Assembly: GCF_006345805.1 (NCBI RefSeq)
Contig: NC_043023.1
Span: forward strand, 186,001 to 250,000
Source of the DNA: Octopus sinensis
Taxonomy: Eukaryota
Direction of reading: 5' to 3'
DNA length: 64,000 bases
The notes beneath the pieces were generated by a model. The model ran no database searches, was not told the origin of the DNA, and worked only from the letters and a program-made list of their open reading frames with translations. The position numbers and the translations under genes are program-made. Positions within the stretch are counted from its first letter, which is position 1; each line of letters opens with the position of its first letter. Of the stretch, positions 50,960 through 64,000 are shown piece by piece.

Positions 50960-52555
50960 TATTATTATTATTATTCAAGGCGGCGAGCTAGCAGAAACGT
51001 TAGCACGCCGGTCGAAATGCTTAGCGGCATTTCGTCCGTCTTTATGTTCTGAGTTCAAATTCCGTCGAGGACGACTTTACCTTTAGCTTCTTCTCAGTTT
51101 CCGCCTACCAAGTCCACTCAAAAGGCTTTAGTCAACCCGAAACTATAGAAGGAGACATTTGCCCAACGTGCCACGCTGCGGGACTGAGCCAGGAACCATG
51201 AGGTTGGGAAACACGATGCTTACCGCACAGCCAAGGGGGAAGACAGTTTTTACGCCTCTTACTCCGTTTGGCTTCTTGCTCAGTTTTACGTATTAAATTA
51301 ACGTATTTATAATATTACGTATCTATAATATTCCTTTTAATCTTATTTTCGTTTGTCTACATCGTACATTGTTCACTTCATTGATTGCCATGTATGTATA
51401 TACCTGTGTTTGTTGCAATTCCGTTTGATCTTCATGTTTTTCTATCTCACATGATTATTTAATTAATTTTCCCCTCTTCATATCTCTCATTAAATTATTC
51501 TGTAACTCTACTGTCTAGAGCAGTTGTTTATCACTTGCGTCATAAAAATATATATTATCTGTTATCTTTTACTTGCTTCAGTCAATTGACTGCGGCCATG
51601 CTGGGGCTCCACCTTAAAGAATTATTAGTGGTTGAGCACTCATACCCTTAACGCAGTTCTCAGGGACATTCAGTGAAGGTGACAAGGCTGGATCCTTTGC
51701 AATACAGGTACAACTCATTTTTGCCACTTGAGTGGACTGGAGCAATGTGAAATAAAGTGTCTTGCTCAAGGACACAACGCGTCACCGAGAATCGAAGTCA
51801 CGACATTATGATCGTGGGCCGAGTACCCTAACCACAAAGCCGCGCGCCTCAACTACCACCAACACCACAATCCTGATCACTATCATCAACCAAAACCACC
51901 CCAATTCGAAAATCACGACCACAACACCCACCAACGCCACCACCCAATTCACAATCACCACAACCGCCGCCGCCGCCGCTTTAACCATAACCGTTAATTC
52001 ACAATGAAAGACAACATGACATCGCTGCCTTTATGAACGCCATATTTTATATCCCACAATGCCCCACCGCCCGCCACAACAAAATCACCACCACCACCAC
52101 CACCCGCTACTTCCAGCCCGTCCCGTTTCCCATTCTACTCTCCGTCCCAAAGTTTCATTGTCAGTGAGATTTGCATAAAGATGGCGTAAAACAAAGTTTG
52201 TGTGAAGACTGTGCTCCTACCAGAAGTGGGACATTTGAGTGGCGCAACGATTTTGTGTGTGTGAGTGTGTTTGTAGGGCCATCACGAAGCACTCGTGCAC
52301 GGCCCAGCAACACACACACACACACACATGTATGTATCTGTGGATGCCTTGCTACACATAAAGGCATGAATGTGTTACATGTATGTGCGCAAATTACATA
52401 AACACGCGCTCATACATGCGCGCATGCGCTGGGGTGCATATACAGTGTATATAATCATAATCATCGTTAACGTCGCCTACATGCTGGCATGGGTTGAATG
52501 TGTGTGTGTGATATATATATATATTATATATAATATATATATATATATTATATAT

Positions 52556-52946
52556 ATTCTTTCTTCTGTTTTCTTTCAGTCATTTTGACTGCGGCCATGC
52601 TGGAGCACCGCCTTTTAGTCGAGCAACTCGACCCCGGACTCATTCTTTTTGTAAGCCCAGTACTTATTCTATCGGTCTCTTTTTGCCGAACCGCTAAGTG
52701 ACGGGGACGTAAACACACCAGCATCGGTTGTCAAGCAATCTAGGGGAACAACACAGACACACAAACATACATATATATACATATATATGACAGGCTTCTT
52801 TCAGTTTCCGTCTACCAAATCCACTGACAAGGCATTGGTCCCCCGGGGCTATAGCAGAAGACTTGCCCAAGATGCCACGCAGTGGGACTGAACCCGGAAC
52901 CATGTGGTTGGTTAGCAAGCTACTTACCACACAGCCCCCCTGCGCC

Positions 52947-52947
<1 letters not shown>
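52556..52947 (-). mobile_element. Full-length dominant SINE
   Basis: Complete family structure. Confidence 0.9.
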
Positions 52948-53008
<61 letters not shown>

Positions 53009-53220
53009 ATGTATATATATAATGTATGTATAGATATGTATATATAATATTAGGTAAATATATATATATGTAAATATATATATATATTATATATATATTA
53101 TATATATTATATTATATATATGTATATATAATATGTAAATTATATATTATATATGTATATATATATATATTATATGTATATATATATTTATACTTTATTT
53201 TAAGCACCAGAAAATTCAAC

Positions 53221-53312
53221 AAAATCTGTTACTCTGAGTTTCTCGTTGTCGTTCATCAGACAGCAAAAACTGTCTGATGGACGACAACGAGAAACTCAGA
53301 GTAACAGATTTT
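53221..53312. ncRNA. 43-bp-arm hairpin formed by two head-to-head minimal hammerhead motifs
   Basis: Minus copy: CUGU-CUGAUGA-A-CG(ACAA)CG-A-GAAAC-UCAGA-GUA|ACAG (53263-53226). The plus copy is identical except for CUGAUGG (53270-53307). Confidence 0.6.
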
Positions 53313-53691
53313 GTTGAATTTTCTGCTGCTTAAAATAAAGCATATTACTCTACCTCTGGTATTTGAGTACTCTTTTTTCCACTTGTTTCACATTTATGTG
53401 TTTACTCCGTATATATATATATATATATATATTATATAATATATTATATATTATATGAGTGTGTGTATATCTATGTGTGTTGTCATAGATGTTCACGTGT
53501 GTCTGTGTACACTCACTGGTTATATGTCTCTCTGTCTATCAATATACATATATGTAGACAAGGGTAAATGTGCGCATGTGTGCGTATGTCTATGTGTATA
53601 CGCATAGACATGAATAAACGTATGCATACATACACAGGTGTATGCGCGTGGTCAATAGTATATATGTGCGTGACTGTGTGTGTATGTGCAT

Positions 53692-53726
<35 letters not shown>

Positions 53727-53891
53727 CACAATACTACGCAGACACACACATATCCACACACTCACACACGTGTGTGCTTCAGTTGTGTCGTGCATAAAAA
53801 CACTCATATGCATACCTATGAATACACACACATACACACACACACACATCTCTCTCTCTCTCTATATATATTTATATATATATATATATAA

Positions 53892-53922
<31 letters not shown>

Positions 53923-54010
53923 CGTGCGTGTGTGGTTGTAGGGCCATCACGAAGCACTCGTGCACGGCCCAGCAACATACACATACACATGTGTCTGTGT
54001 AGACCTTGTA

Positions 54011-54044
<34 letters not shown>

Positions 54045-54235
54045 CATACACACACACATACGCGCATACACTTGCTCTCCCTCCCTCCCACTCCCACTCT
54101 CTCCTGCCTCTCTCTCATCCCTTTCTCTTTCTCTGCTTGTATGGACGAGTAAGCCGAAGCTGCTTTTATACGAACACGCGTGCTCCTGTGTACATGGGAG
54201 CGCGTGTTTACGTATCTATGTACAAATGTGAAGTG

Positions 54236-54284
<49 letters not shown>

Positions 54285-55208
54285 AGATGTCTTATCAGTT
54301 TTAAGTGAAAATCGATATTAAGAAAATTGCATGGAATCAGCATTATATACACACACGTACATACACATATGTATTTATGTGTGTGAATGTATATATATAT
54401 TTACATGCGTGTATACATATACACATATGTGTGTATATATGTATATATATATTTATATGTGCGTATACATATACACATGTGTATATATATAATATATATA
54501 TACACGTGTATATATATCTTCAAATTCTTTGTTTTTAAAAATTTTGCTTTGTTCGCAAAATAACGTGCAAACCGGTATACAAAAATGCACACACACGTAC
54601 ATGCATACATACATACATACATACAAACATACAAACATACATACATACATGCATGCATGCATACATACATACAAACATACAAACATACATACATACATAC
54701 ATACATAGACAGGAAAACACGTGCGCACGTACACATCTTGGAAACAGCACTCTGGTCCTTGGGCAAGACTATTGACTGACTGTAGAACAAAAAGCTAACA
54801 CCATATCTGGGAGCCATTTTATACATCCTCCCTCTTTGTGTTCTCCCCCCCTCTCCCCCTTTCTCTCCTCGTCTCCCACAACATGTAAGTCTATGTCATA
54901 ATTTATATCTCACACACACATGCGTGTATGTACACACATTAACACATGCACATATATATGCACACACACACACAAATATATATAAACACACACACACATA
55001 TATATATATACACATACATATATTTACACAGACATATATACACACACACACATATATATATATACACATACATATATTTACACATACATATATACACACA
55101 CACATATATATATACATACATATATTTACACACACACATATATATACACATAGATAAATTTACACATACATATATACACACACATACATATATTTACACA
55201 TACATATA

Positions 55209-55240
<32 letters not shown>

Positions 55241-55451
55241 TCTATGAACATACACACACATATCTATACAGAATGATAGTACTTAGTGGAGATTATCGCA
55301 TGGACATATATATATATTTACACGTAGACACACACACGCGCGCGCGCATGCGTACTTGCCTTCATGCATGGAGAACAACATACGAACACGTGGAGGAATA
55401 CACCCCTCGCCACACACACACACGCGTATAATCCCCACACCCATCAACCCA

Positions 55452-55516
<65 letters not shown>

Positions 55517-56679
55517 TGAGGAATGAAACAGAAAAATTATGGAAAAAACCTCAAAAAATAAGACAGAAAGGATCTTCAGTATCTTTTGGCGATATTTTGT
55601 TGAAATGCTAATGGCTGCCGGCTAAAGCAGATGTTACAGCGTGTGTATATACATGTATGTGTATATATTATCTATGGGTATGAGAGTGTGTACATGCTTG
55701 TACATATATGTAAAATGTGCGTATGTATATGTCTATGTGCTCCACGTATGTGTGAATGCACGCCGCGTATGTGTGTGTGTGTATGGTTCGTGAATGGTGT
55801 GTGTGTGTGTGTATGGTTCGTGAATGTGTGTGTGTGTGTATGGTTCGTTGAATGTGTGGGTATGGTTCGTGAATGTGTGCGTGTATGTATATATATATAT
55901 ATATAATATATATATTATATATATAATATATATATATATATATGGTGTATGTATGTATGCGTTTCAAGTGATGCTTATATGTGTGTGTATATATATGACT
56001 GTGGTTGTCTTCTATACAGACTGTGGTCGTATGCATATCTTTGTGTGCGTATTTCTTTATAATCTTGTGGACGTGTGCATATATGTGTGAGTATGTATCT
56101 ATATATTCGTCTTCGTGTTTGTATATAAGAGTGAGATCTTTGTGTTGATTGTACGAGTTAGTGTGTATATCTGTGCGCCTGTATATATAAACGTATATAG
56201 CTGTGCGTGCGTATAGGCATAAACTTATGAACATGTGTGTATGTAAGGGTGTGTTCGAATGAATATATATATATATGCTTGTACATTATGTATATAACAT
56301 TCATTAACCTTATTCAACCAGTCATCACTCATATTAAACAACGGTCAATACAACACAAGTTATTATCCAAGTAGGTATATATTAGCACACGCGATTATCT
56401 CCCCTGGCCATGAAATCACGTGACTTCGCAACGTTGTCAAATAAACACAGGAGAATTACACGACCACCATATTACATATTCTATATTTATCCCAAAACTT
56501 CCATTTTATTGATCGTATCTGTCTTACGCCCTCCCTTGCTATTTCTTTTCAAGTTATCAAGCACGCCCAGAGGGAGTTTTTGTATACTAATAGCTTAGAT
56601 AATCTCAGTTAATTGAAGTCTTTTAACACCGTATATTACATATAATGGTAGAGACGTGTGGAATGTGCCTATAAATCTC

Positions 56680-56960
56680 CTGTTTGGTCTTGTGTTCAAG
56701 CCTTATGTGATTTTAATCGTTCATAAGAAACTCGGTGTGCGTGACATCAAGGCGATCTTGAACTCTCTTCTTCATATTACCGGTTTCAGCTCTATACAGA
56801 AGAATGCTCTCTACATATACCCCGAAGAAGTCAGTCTTGTTGGCTTTGAAATACACAATTGCTAAGATGTTTTGAAGCCTCTTGCAGATCATATCAAATG
56901 TGATATTCTGGAGCCTTTCATACAGTATTAAAAGACGAAGACCGCTCAACCACATTAATG
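56680..56960 (-). mobile_element. RTE/RTE-X LINE fragment
   Basis: FFGVYVESILLYRAETGNMKKRVQDRLDVTHTEFL resembles VESILLYG.ETWT...LDG.YTRLL. Confidence 0.6.
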
Positions 56961-57076
56961 TCATTAGCAGAGAGATATAAAATGAAGGGTGTATGTGTGA
57001 GTGTGTATATGGTGTGTGTGAGTGTATGACTATGAATGAGACAGATTTATGTATTTATATGTGTACATATATGTGC

Positions 57077-57114
<38 letters not shown>

Positions 57115-57162
57115 TATATATAATAATATATATATATATATATATACTCATATAAGCAGCAA

Positions 57163-57419
57163 GGATATCCAGAGGTAATGCAGTACGATCGTTCATGCGA
57201 CTCCATTTAATTGAACAATGGAAACATTACATCAATTTAAAGTGTGGAGCAATCTTCAGCTGCATAAAAATATAGAATTTGGTTAAATTCGAAGGACTCA
57301 TTTGTATAATATTTTTATTTATTTAAGATTGCTCTACATTTTAAATTGATGTAATGTATGCATTGTTCAATTAAATGGAGGCGCATGAAACGACCGTACT
57401 GCATTAACTCTGAATATCC
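57163..57419. mobile_element. Foldback MITE with ~95-bp inverted arms
   Basis: GGATAT(C/T)CAGAG(G/T)TAATGCAGTACG.TCG...CTCCATTTAATTGAACAATG...AGCAATCTT at both ends, inverted. Confidence 0.8.
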
Positions 57420-58644
57420 TTGTTGCTTATTTTGATTATAATCTTCTTATTTTAAATTATATGGATAATACCATACTAAATTATGGTGCCTTCAACTTAA
57501 GTACCATATTCATCTAAATCTAAATTTGACTGAACTTATATATATATGTCTGTGTACATAAGATCACGATCGTTTAGCGACATCATGAAAAAATAATATA
57601 TTTTAGTGTATAATAAATTATTTTAAATGTCTGCACTAGTGTATATGTTATAAAATTGCATAGTACTATTGTATATTTTGCAAAAATCAATATTGTTTTC
57701 CGTTTAGCGATGTTGTAAAAATGTTAGATTTTCAACAGAAACTCGATGAAGGTAAATTGTTGTTGCTGTTAAGAATTTAAATGTTTCAACTAACCATTCC
57801 ATGTTTAAAGTCTTTCCAACAATGATAATACCGTCACTTCAAACACCAGTAAAAGTAGTTCGTCAAACAATTGTTTCTTCTCAGAGAAGGTTTTAATATT
57901 GGTTTTAAAGAAAACTCTTGCAAAGCTCGTTTTTGCCAACGTTTGGATTCAATGAAGAAATTGAAGTAAAGAATGTACAGCAATCCTTTCTAAGTATATT
58001 TGGAATCTAAAAGAAACTAGTGCATTAGAATAAAATGATTATTCCTTCGGTATGCTTTCACATATATGTATGGTGGATACCATTAGAATTTGTGAAGTAA
58101 ATTATGCTTTAGTGGCAAGTTTTTCGCTAAATTAAAAAAAACATTTACAGCATAAATAAAAACATGTACGACTTAAATAATCAGAAAAACTAATCTATTA
58201 GAGGTACAATAGATGGATGAGTTTAGAGGATATTTAAAACAATATCAAACTTATTGTCTTCAGTTTCCTAGATTTATGTCTTAAAATTATTTTGTGCAAT
58301 CTCATTCGTATCGTGACGTTTTGTTTCAGGCAAGTTCAATAACAATAGATTTTATTTTACGATTAGGCAGTTTGATACACGTTTTCCTATATCCTTTCAT
58401 ACTCGCGTTATACAAAATGATATTGTTTTGCATAACTCCATAATTCCACCTCTAATTCAGAAATCATCATCTTCCTATATTTCAAATACCAGCTGCCCAT
58501 AAAATCCATTTGTTTCTCTTTCTATATTCTTCCAAATATCCTAAATGAGAAGTTCTGACTGTCAAGATCCAGCTCTCAAATTTAATAGATACATACATAC
58601 ACACATACATGCACGCGTGCGGGCTCACACAGACATACACATTC

Positions 58645-59033
58645 TTAATATGGCGATAACAATTAATTTCCAGTAAACGCTGCCGTAATCTCTTTTATAG
58701 AGACTTAGTAATTTTAATATTTCTATTATTGAAAACAAGTGGATGTATTCCACTGAAACTAGGTAAATAGAAACCTTCGAACAGAGATGTCAGTGGCGAC
58801 ACCTGCGGGTCTGACTGCGCTACATTGACAAGGGGCAATACCCCGAAACGCGTCTGTAGCTGTCGGACTGGCAGTGTGAAGCGGCTGACCTCCCTTGTTC
58901 GAAGGTTATAATGGATACAGATCGTGTATCAATAGCTATCTTGATGGCGGTGGCTTCATGGAGCTGACCAGCGGCAGCGATTATTCTTATATCTATAAGA
59001 ATGCCATATTAATATGGCGATAACAATTAATTT
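58645..59033 (+). mobile_element. 364-bp unit bounded by a perfect 25-bp direct repeat and carrying a hammerhead (retrozyme/PLE-pLTR-like)
   Basis: TTAATATGGCGATAACAATTAATTT at 58645-58669 and 59009-59033. Followed by (TA)n. Confidence 0.6.
58809..58868 (+). ncRNA. Well-formed type-I hammerhead ribozyme with U3/A8 covariant core
   Basis: GCUACA-UUGACAA-GGGG(CAAUA)CCCC-GAAAC-GC-GUC|UGUAGC. Stem I is a perfect 6 bp, extended by GUCUGAC/GUCGGAC. Stem III is the palindrome ACGCGU. Confidence 0.75.
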
Positions 59034-59432
59034 ATATATATATATATATTACATTTCTAAATATCTCAGAGATATATATTAAGTAGTGGTACGATAGAGA
59101 AGTTGTATACTGTTAACTTAATGTAACAGTCCCATGAAGGGAATCACACTACTGCTATTTAGCCCTAGGAAGCAGCAACGCTTCCTGTCGTCTTTGACTC
59201 ATTTTCTGTGTCCTTATGTTTACAAGGGGGAGATAAGCATCCCCACCCAGCCACCCATTTATATATATATACGACGGGCTTCTTTCAGTTACCGTTTACC
59301 AAATCCACTCACAAGGCTTTGCTTGGCCCGAGGCTATAGTAGGAGACACATGCCCAAGTTGCCACGCAGTGGGACTGAACACAGAACCATGTAGTTGGTA
59401 AGCAAGCAGTACCACCCACAGCCACTCCTGCG

Positions 59433-59480
<48 letters not shown>

Positions 59481-59929
59481 TATACGTGTAATTGCGTGCA
59501 TGTTGTACACAGTTTGCAGGCATACATATCTAACTGCATTCGTATACCTGGTTGAGAGAATGCATGTGTATTATATATACCGATTCACATGTAAATATCA
59601 ATGCGCAAATATGCAGACACCTCAAACACATTACACAAGCATGAGACCATTTATTTCAACATGTATCTGTACACCGCTGCACGCGAGCACACAAGCCTGC
59701 GGAGAATTACATACATGTACAAGCAACAATTGACACATACACACACATGCATACACACACATGCTTATATTTATAATTATTAATAGTTACACACAATAAA
59801 ATAGACATGTATCAGCAACAAACGCACGTGCACACATATATACACACGCACCAATATTTTAAAGAGCATTAGTAAGCACATACAAATACGGAAACGTGTC
59901 TAAACATCTAGACACATACACACCCACCC

Positions 59930-60285
59930 ACACACACACATATATATATACATACAAATATATATATATATATACATTCAAATATATATATATATATACA
60001 TTCAAATATATATATATATATATATACATACAAATATATATATATATATACATACAAATATATATATATATATACACACAAATATATAATACATGCTATA
60101 TATATACATACAAATATATATACATACGCATATATATATACATACAAATATATATACATACATGCAAATATATATATATATATATATACAAATATATATA
60201 TATATAATATACAAATATATATATACATGCAAATATATATATATATATATACAATATATATACATGCAAATATATATATACATGC

Positions 60286-60329
<44 letters not shown>

Positions 60330-60385
60330 CAAATATATATATACATGCAAATATATATATATACATGCAAATATATATATACATG

Positions 60386-60441
<56 letters not shown>

Positions 60442-60470
60442 CAAATATATATATATACATATATATATAC
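59930..60470. repeat. (TA)n-based minisatellite with recurring TACATACAAA/TACATGCAAA spacers
   Basis: Directly visible. It is the source of the Tyr/Ile artefact ORFs. Confidence 0.95.
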
Positions 60471-61139
60471 AACGCGTGCACAAATATATTTATGAGCATT
60501 AATAAAGCACACCCGAACACAGAGGCATGCATAACGTCACTACATTCGCACATGCATACGCAGACAGATACAACTATAAAACCTTTCACTTAGATTAGTA
60601 TCGATCTGATAAAGATGATTGATGGCCAATCGACGTTGCTATGGTGATAACCTGACATGACACACGCTGTAGTGTGGTATGCCGATACGCATATGTGTGT
60701 GTGTGTGTGTGTGGCTGAGCGTTGTAAATCTGGATGTGTGTATGTTAGTATGAGCATGTTCTATGTATGGTATGTGTGTGTGTGTGTGTGTGTGTGCCCC
60801 GGTGTTCCTACGTATGCGTGAAGGCATGTTATAATACATACACAGTTATATAACATATATATATATATATATATACATATATACACATGCATATATACAC
60901 AAATACATATACACATATGCATACGTACATACAGATATATACATCTAGACATACACACACACACACACCACACACACATATATATATATATATACATATA
61001 CACATATATACATATATATATATAAACATACATATATATATACACATACATATATACCTATACATATATATACACATACATATATACCTATACATATATA
61101 TACATATATACATATATATATGTACATATACATATATAC

Positions 61140-61186
<47 letters not shown>

Positions 61187-61638
61187 CATACATACACACA
61201 CATACACACACATATATATATGTGTGGGGTGGGGGAAGAGTGTCTGTTTTACGGAAGTATGTATGTGCCTGCAGTCGTTTCTATGTGTGTGAATGTACTT
61301 TATAGGGTGTGTGTGTGTGGAGGTGTAATCTTTAAATTATAGATGTTCCCCGATATGAGATCGAGAGAGGGAGAGAGAGTGAGAGGGAGGAGGGACAGAG
61401 ACAGTGACAATTAATTGAAACTTCCCCTCTCTCACCCCCCTGTAAAACTGGTGCCACCCCTCCCCACTACAAACCACCCGCTTATTTCCCGCCAATTTTA
61501 TAGTGAATAAGGAATGTCGGATTGGAACAGGGGAATGTGGGGGGTGGTGTGTGTGTGTGTGTGTGTGTCGGCAAATGAGTGGAAGTTAGAAGAATGTAAA
61601 AGGAAGGAGACTGAATGTGAAGGAAGAACTGGGAGAAG

Positions 61639-61669
<31 letters not shown>

Positions 61670-62460
61670 TAGAAAATCGGATGAACAAGACAAGAAGAAG
61701 AGCACTAATGAAGAAAAAAAGAGAAGGAAGGAAGGAAGGAAAAGAGATGGAATATGAAAGGAAAGAGAAAAGAATGAGAAGAAGAAGAATGAAGTTTATT
61801 GTGAAGCCACGACATGGGAAGTGGCAGACGGCGGCGGCGACGGCGGTGAAAATGGAAGACCTGGTGGATGGCGGCGGGAGAACTTTTGTTCTCCTTTTAA
61901 ATTTATTTGAATAATTTTGAAACAAAAAATAATTTTTTTGTTGTTGTTCTGACATACGTCAAAATTCCCACGATGCTTCACAAGATCGAACCTTCTGTCT
62001 ATCACTCTATGCCCTACCACCTCCTCTCCTTTTCCCTCTCTACCTCTTATATACACAATGTATCTCGTATAATGTTCGGTTGTCAGATAAATCCGTTCGT
62101 TTCTTTGAATTTTCCGATCGGCAAACCAGTGAGTTTTAACCATCAAAGCATTGACAAAATTGGTGGAACGTCGGAGGAGAATCTATCAATTAAGCGATTT
62201 GTTATATTTCGTTTTGGACAGAGTCAAGACTATTGAAAAGGTTGCAAGACGCAACGAAAATTTTAGGAAAATAAAAATAAGAAATAAGTGGAAATTTTAC
62301 CGGTGAGTGTGTTACATAATAAGGCACAAAAAGAAAACGACTCTCCCCAGGCACAACAGAATATGATTTGTTAAAGTTGATGAAAAATAAGTGTTAAAAT
62401 AAATGGAAAAATACGAAGGTTCGATGAGTTCCTCGAGTGAAAACCCAGTGATTTTTACCA

Positions 62461-62807
62461 TCAAGGTGTGGTTGTGTGGTAAAGGGTTTGCTCCCTAGCG
62501 ATATGGCACCTTCGGATAGTGTCTCCTACGATAGCCTCGAGCCTACTAAAGCCTTCAATAGATTTGGTAGAGCGAAACTGAAAGAAACCCATCTTGTGTG
62601 TGTGTGTGTGTGTGTGTGTGTATACATGCAGGCGTGGGCTGTGCGGAAACAGCTTACTTCCCAACCATATGGCTCCAGGTTCAATCTTATTGCGTGGAAC
62701 CTTGGGCAAGTGTCTTCTACTATGGTCACGGGCCAACTAAACCCTTTGGGTGGATTTAGTTGACGGAAACTGAAAGAAGCCTGTCGTATATATATACATA
62801 TATGTAT

Positions 62808-62844
<37 letters not shown>

Positions 62845-63050
62845 ACCATCGTTTGACAACCAGTATTAGACAACCGTAACCAGTATTAGACAACCGTAAC
62901 CAGTATTAGACAACCGTAACTTAGCTCTTCGGCAAAAGGAAGCGACTGAATAAGTAACAGGTTCAAAAAGAAGTGCTTGGGTCGATTCATTCAACTAAAA
63001 ACTTTTGATGGAGGTGCTCCAAGATGGTCACCGTCTATTGAGCAAAACAA
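62461..63050 (+). mobile_element. SINE with two tandem heads
   Basis: Head-like segments at 62461-62600 and 62628-62790, followed by the body and a decayed tail. Confidence 0.7.
62861..62920 (+). repeat. Perfect 3 x 20-bp tandem repeat CAGTATTAGACAACCGTAAC inside a SINE
   Basis: Three identical units. Confidence 0.95.
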
Positions 63051-64000
63051 AATTTAAAAAAAAATGGGTGAAAGAAAAGAAAAGAGTGATACTGACAAGT
63101 TGCTGACGAGAAGTTGTGAACAATGGAGGAGAAAATATCATTGACTGATTTGTTAAAATCGTTAATGAAAAATAAGGATTAAAATAAATGGAAAAATACG
63201 AAGACTCAATGAGTTCTTCAAATGAAATACTCAGATGGTTTCTACTGTCAGGGAATTGGCTAACTGACGAAACGCTGGCGAGAAGACGCGAACAATGAAG
63301 GAGAATATATTAGTGAATGATTTCGTAAAGCTATTGAAAATAAAGACTGAAATGAATGGAAAATAACGAACGAATTTATGAGACGACCTAATATATACAC
63401 ACATATGCACGACCGCTCTATCCGAGCAACTTATTGCTATTCTCTGTCTCTTTTCTCTCGGATTTTTCACTGTCGTCTGCTGCTCTGGTGTCACAAGCAG
63501 CATTTTTCAAAGACGATACCATCTACCAATCAATTTACTTCCTGTCTGCCTCTCTTATGGGCTATTTTCTCGTGACGTAAGCGACAGTCAGAAAACAAGC
63601 AATTCATGAAATAGCTAAGCTGTGAATCTTGAACATTTACGAGAATTATATTGATTCGTTTTTCACTGTACAATTTGATTACCCAGGCAAATATTAACCC
63701 TTTAACCGCGAAATTAAATTTCATGGTTATTCAAATAATGTTAAATATCTACAAAACAAAAAAAAACAAAAAAATCAGTATTTTCTGCAAGTCACGTTGC
63801 TTCAATAATCTTTTCTCTTCTACTTGTCATTAAACTGCGGCCACACTGGGGCAATACCTTGAAGAATTTTTAGTCGAATGACCCGACCTCTGTATTTACG
63901 GATGTCAAGCAGTGGCGGGGAACAAAGAGACAGAAACACACACACACACACACACATATATATACTACGGGCTTCTTCCAGTTTCCGCTACGAAATCTAC

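Noticed and set aside
53513-61342. Dozens of long ORFs rich in YI/CV/HT/MYVC repeats (also at 20361-21374 and 47914-48423)
   Set aside because: These are translations of (TA)n, (TG)n and (CATA)n microsatellites that lack stops by composition. No domain signal.
61482-61955. Phe-rich and Arg/Lys/Glu-rich ORFs
   Set aside because: They derive from (GAA)n and purine-rich low-complexity sequence, with no splice or domain support.
62861-62920. Regular short repeats as a CRISPR-like array
   Set aside because: These are contiguous identical units without spacers, in eukaryotic context, and are best explained by replication slippage inside a SINE.

Overview
AT-rich, repeat-saturated eukaryotic DNA. 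The dominant tRNA-derived SINE families and microsatellite content suggest an octopus (cephalopod) genome; this is an inference from recall, not a database hit. One protein-coding gene is supported, on the minus strand. Three phase-compatible exons (18095-17763, 15479-15194, 1758-1634) encode two thrombospondin type-1 (TSP1) repeats followed by the zymogen activation site and first residues of a trypsin-family serine protease domain (R|IIGG...WPWQ). The catalytic-triad exons lie beyond the left edge of the window, and the first exon was not located. The rest is introns or intergenic DNA filled with SINEs, mariner/Tc1/maT/Merlin/MULE remnants, MITEs, Helitron-like elements, RTE, R4/Dong and Penelope-like retroelement fragments, microsatellites and one 100-N gap. 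Almost all ORFs in the supplied track are microsatellite or SINE artefacts. The most unusual signal is about ten minimal type-I hammerhead ribozyme motifs from at least six distinct sequence families, mostly embedded in (TA)n tracts. They include a well-formed copy with a U3/A8 covariant core inside a 364-bp directly repeated unit (58645-59033), one with a ~100-nt stem II (40819-40948), and two head-to-head pairs. All folds were paired by eye and none has been computed or tested.
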